A stretch of DNA of 64,000 bases from Octopus sinensis (lineage: Eukaryota). The number at the start of each line of letters is the position of its first letter. Position 1 is the first letter of the stretch. Under the pieces are notes generated by a model that worked only from the letters and a program-made list of their open reading frames with translations, did no database searches and was not told where the DNA came from. The stretch covers positions 23,374,001 through 23,438,000 of the forward strand of contig NC_043004.1 in assembly GCF_006345805.1 (NCBI RefSeq). The letters are read 5' to 3'. Both the position numbers and the translations under genes were made by a program. Positions 61,922 through 64,000 of the stretch are shown in pieces.

Positions 61922-61970
61922 AACATACACTTATATATATATGCGTAGCTGTGTGTGTGTGTGTGTGCAT
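60775..61970. repeat. Large (TA)/(TG) compound microsatellite in the presumptive 3' UTR
   Basis: Direct reading; source of the YI/HT-rich ORFs at 61137-62060. Confidence 0.95.
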
Positions 61971-61990
61971 GTATAGCAACCAACTAACCA

Positions 61991-61996
61991 AATAAA
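61991..61996 (+). terminator. Candidate polyadenylation signal (AATAAA) of the cyclase gene; second candidate at 62048-62053
   Basis: First AATAAA seen after the stop codon, lying after the large TA/TG microsatellite; A-rich context makes it weak without transcript data. Confidence 0.25.
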
Positions 61997-62372
61997 AATT
62001 AAAATGATAAAAAGAAGAAAAAAAACAAGAAAAGCAAGAAAATGCAAAATAAAAATCCATGAATTGAAGATGATACTAATGACTGACATGATTGAGTGAA
62101 TTTGACTAATGACTTTAAGGTTAATAAGCTATTCAACTATTGACCATATAAAGGTAATTAGACAGATATATATAGATACATATAGTAATATGTTAAAAAC
62201 CTTGCTACTACAGGTACTGCATTCTGTTTATCTCAGTCTGCCTGGCTGACAAAACATACCAGTAAAAAGAGGTGGGGAAATCTTAATGTTCCCCCTCACC
62301 ACCCATCCAAAAAATTATTAAAAAAATTAAAACTAGATAAAATGTAATAGAAAATAAAATGACCCCTACCTC

Positions 62373-62590
62373 TAATGTTCTCTCCAGTTTTGCTGTGGCT
62401 TTGTGCAGAGTTTTGCTTGTGTGCAAATTTTGTCTTTCTTTACAAAGTATGTGCACATGTGAGTAACTATATTCAAGTAAAAAAGCTTGATTTCAACTTG
62501 AAAAACTTGTGCGCACATTTTCATTTGTGTCTGTACACTATTTGTAAAATGTGTGTGCAAGCACAAATGTGCAGCTTAGAGGGAACATTG
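62373..62590. mobile_element. hAT (Tip100-like) MITE
   Basis: taatgttctctcc / gcttagagggaacattg TIRs; degenerate 8-bp TSD cctacctc / cttaccac. Confidence 0.65.
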
Positions 62591-63314
62591 CTTACCACCT
62601 CTGAATTAGCTAGGAATGTAAAACAATAATAACAACAATAACAACAACAACAACAGCAGCAGTAATAATAGTAATAATAATAATAATAATGAAAAAGAAA
62701 GAAATGGTTTGAAGAGACTTATTGAAAGACTGAAGTTGGTGAAATATTTAAATTTGTTGAAATTCAGAAAATAAAAATGATAAAAAATATATATAAAAAT
62801 ACATAGTATAAAAACTGAAAAAAAAAAAAAATGACAGAAAAAAAGAGCAAGGAAAGAAAATTGAAAAAAAAAAAGATAATAATATATATATATATATATA
62901 AAGAAATAATAACTGCAACAACAAAAGCAACAAAAATAATAACAATTGAATTAATAAATGAAATTGGTTATTTAGTGACAATTACTATTTTTTTTTGTTT
63001 TGAAATGTTATTTGTTTTTGTTGTTGTTTTCATTTTCTTCACTGCTTTCACATTCACTGGAATTCCTTATATGATGTGTTATTGCTTGGAATATTAATGG
63101 AAGGAATTGGTCATAAATCCATGGAACTTATCATTTTTTTGGCCAGATGTTATGTAAATTCCACAATTACCATGTGTTCATGGAAAAGAAGTTATATTGT
63201 TCATCATTATTAGATGATCTGTAGACAAACATGTACATACACAGCTAGACACACTTATCAATGTTTCGTTAATATTGCTCTCTTTATTATTATTATTATC
63301 ATTATAATTTTAAA

Positions 63315-63530
63315 AACTGGTGGACTGGCAGAATTGGTAGAGCATTGAACAAAATGTCATTGCCACATTTATATCTGTCTCTTTACGTTCTGTGTTCAAA
63401 TTCCGGTGAGGTCCACTTTACCTTTCATCCTTCCAGGGGTCGATAAATAAAGTACCAGTCCTATACTGGGGTTAACATAATTGACCGTGCCCACCCCTAC
63501 AAGCATATGTGGCTTTGTGCCTATGTTAGA
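63315..63530 (+). mobile_element. Family-B SINE
   Basis: Family-B core and tail. Confidence 0.75.
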
Positions 63531-63780
63531 AATAATAATAATTATTATAACCGTTATTGTCAGTACTATTATTATTATAATTATTATTATTATTATCATT
63601 ATTATTATTATTATGAATATTGTTATTGTCATTACATTATGTGTTTATATTGCTAACAGAATGTGTTTATATTTATTTATATCTCTTGGTTCTTTTATGT
63701 AGATATATATGTTAGCTTCTGCGTGTATGTGCACATGCATGTGTGAGTGTATGTATATATACTCTAACATATATAAATTA

Positions 63781-63827
<47 letters not shown>

Positions 63828-64000
63828 CACACGCACATATATATCTGCATATATACATATTAAGATATTCATAGTAATGCAGTTGGGTGAAGATTATAAA
63901 AATAAGGACAAGAACAAAGACAGAATTTTTGCCTTAAAACATTTAATAATCCTTATGTTTTGAGCAAATATATCCCTTAACAATGTGAAGAAAACAGTCT

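Noticed and set aside
61137-62060. Long YI/HT-rich ORFs (up to 307 aa) on both strands
   Set aside because: TA/TG microsatellite that lacks stop codons

Overview
AT-rich, microsatellite- and transposon-dense animal genomic DNA. The SINE families and repeat make-up point to an octopod cephalopod (inferred, not verified). One host gene can be supported: the 3' eight coding exons of a + strand receptor (membrane) guanylyl cyclase of the NPR1/NPR2 (GC-A/GC-B) type, join(3024..3195,7242..7391,11692..11815,18933..19001,35629..35803,50487..50585,53216..53307,60545..60646). All introns are GT-AG and the phases join in frame. The exons encode the end of the kinase-homology domain, the dimerisation helix, a complete cyclase domain and the stop codon; none is recovered as an ORF by the supplied track. 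The introns hold remnants of CR1, four distinct RTE lineages, an R4/Dong-type endonuclease, Penelope-like elements (one Naiad-type), a solo LTR, several Helitrons (one ~5 kb nested copy, one head-to-tail dimer), hAT, Chapaev3-like and Tc1/mariner elements, MITEs and three tRNA-type SINE families. The best leads are (i) hammerhead-ribozyme-like motifs tied to Penelope-like remnants, one enclosed in a 36-bp inverted repeat; (ii) an unclassified ~555-bp retroposon, usually flanked by (TAA)n, whose tandem copies share a 146-nt identical tract; (iii) an Ala-to-Cys change in the cyclase catalytic motif, plus two possible in-frame splice routes to a dead isoform. No prokaryotic-type system (CRISPR, operon) is present. 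Most ORFs in the track are microsatellite artefacts. Repeat-family names come from motif recognition by eye; no database search was run.
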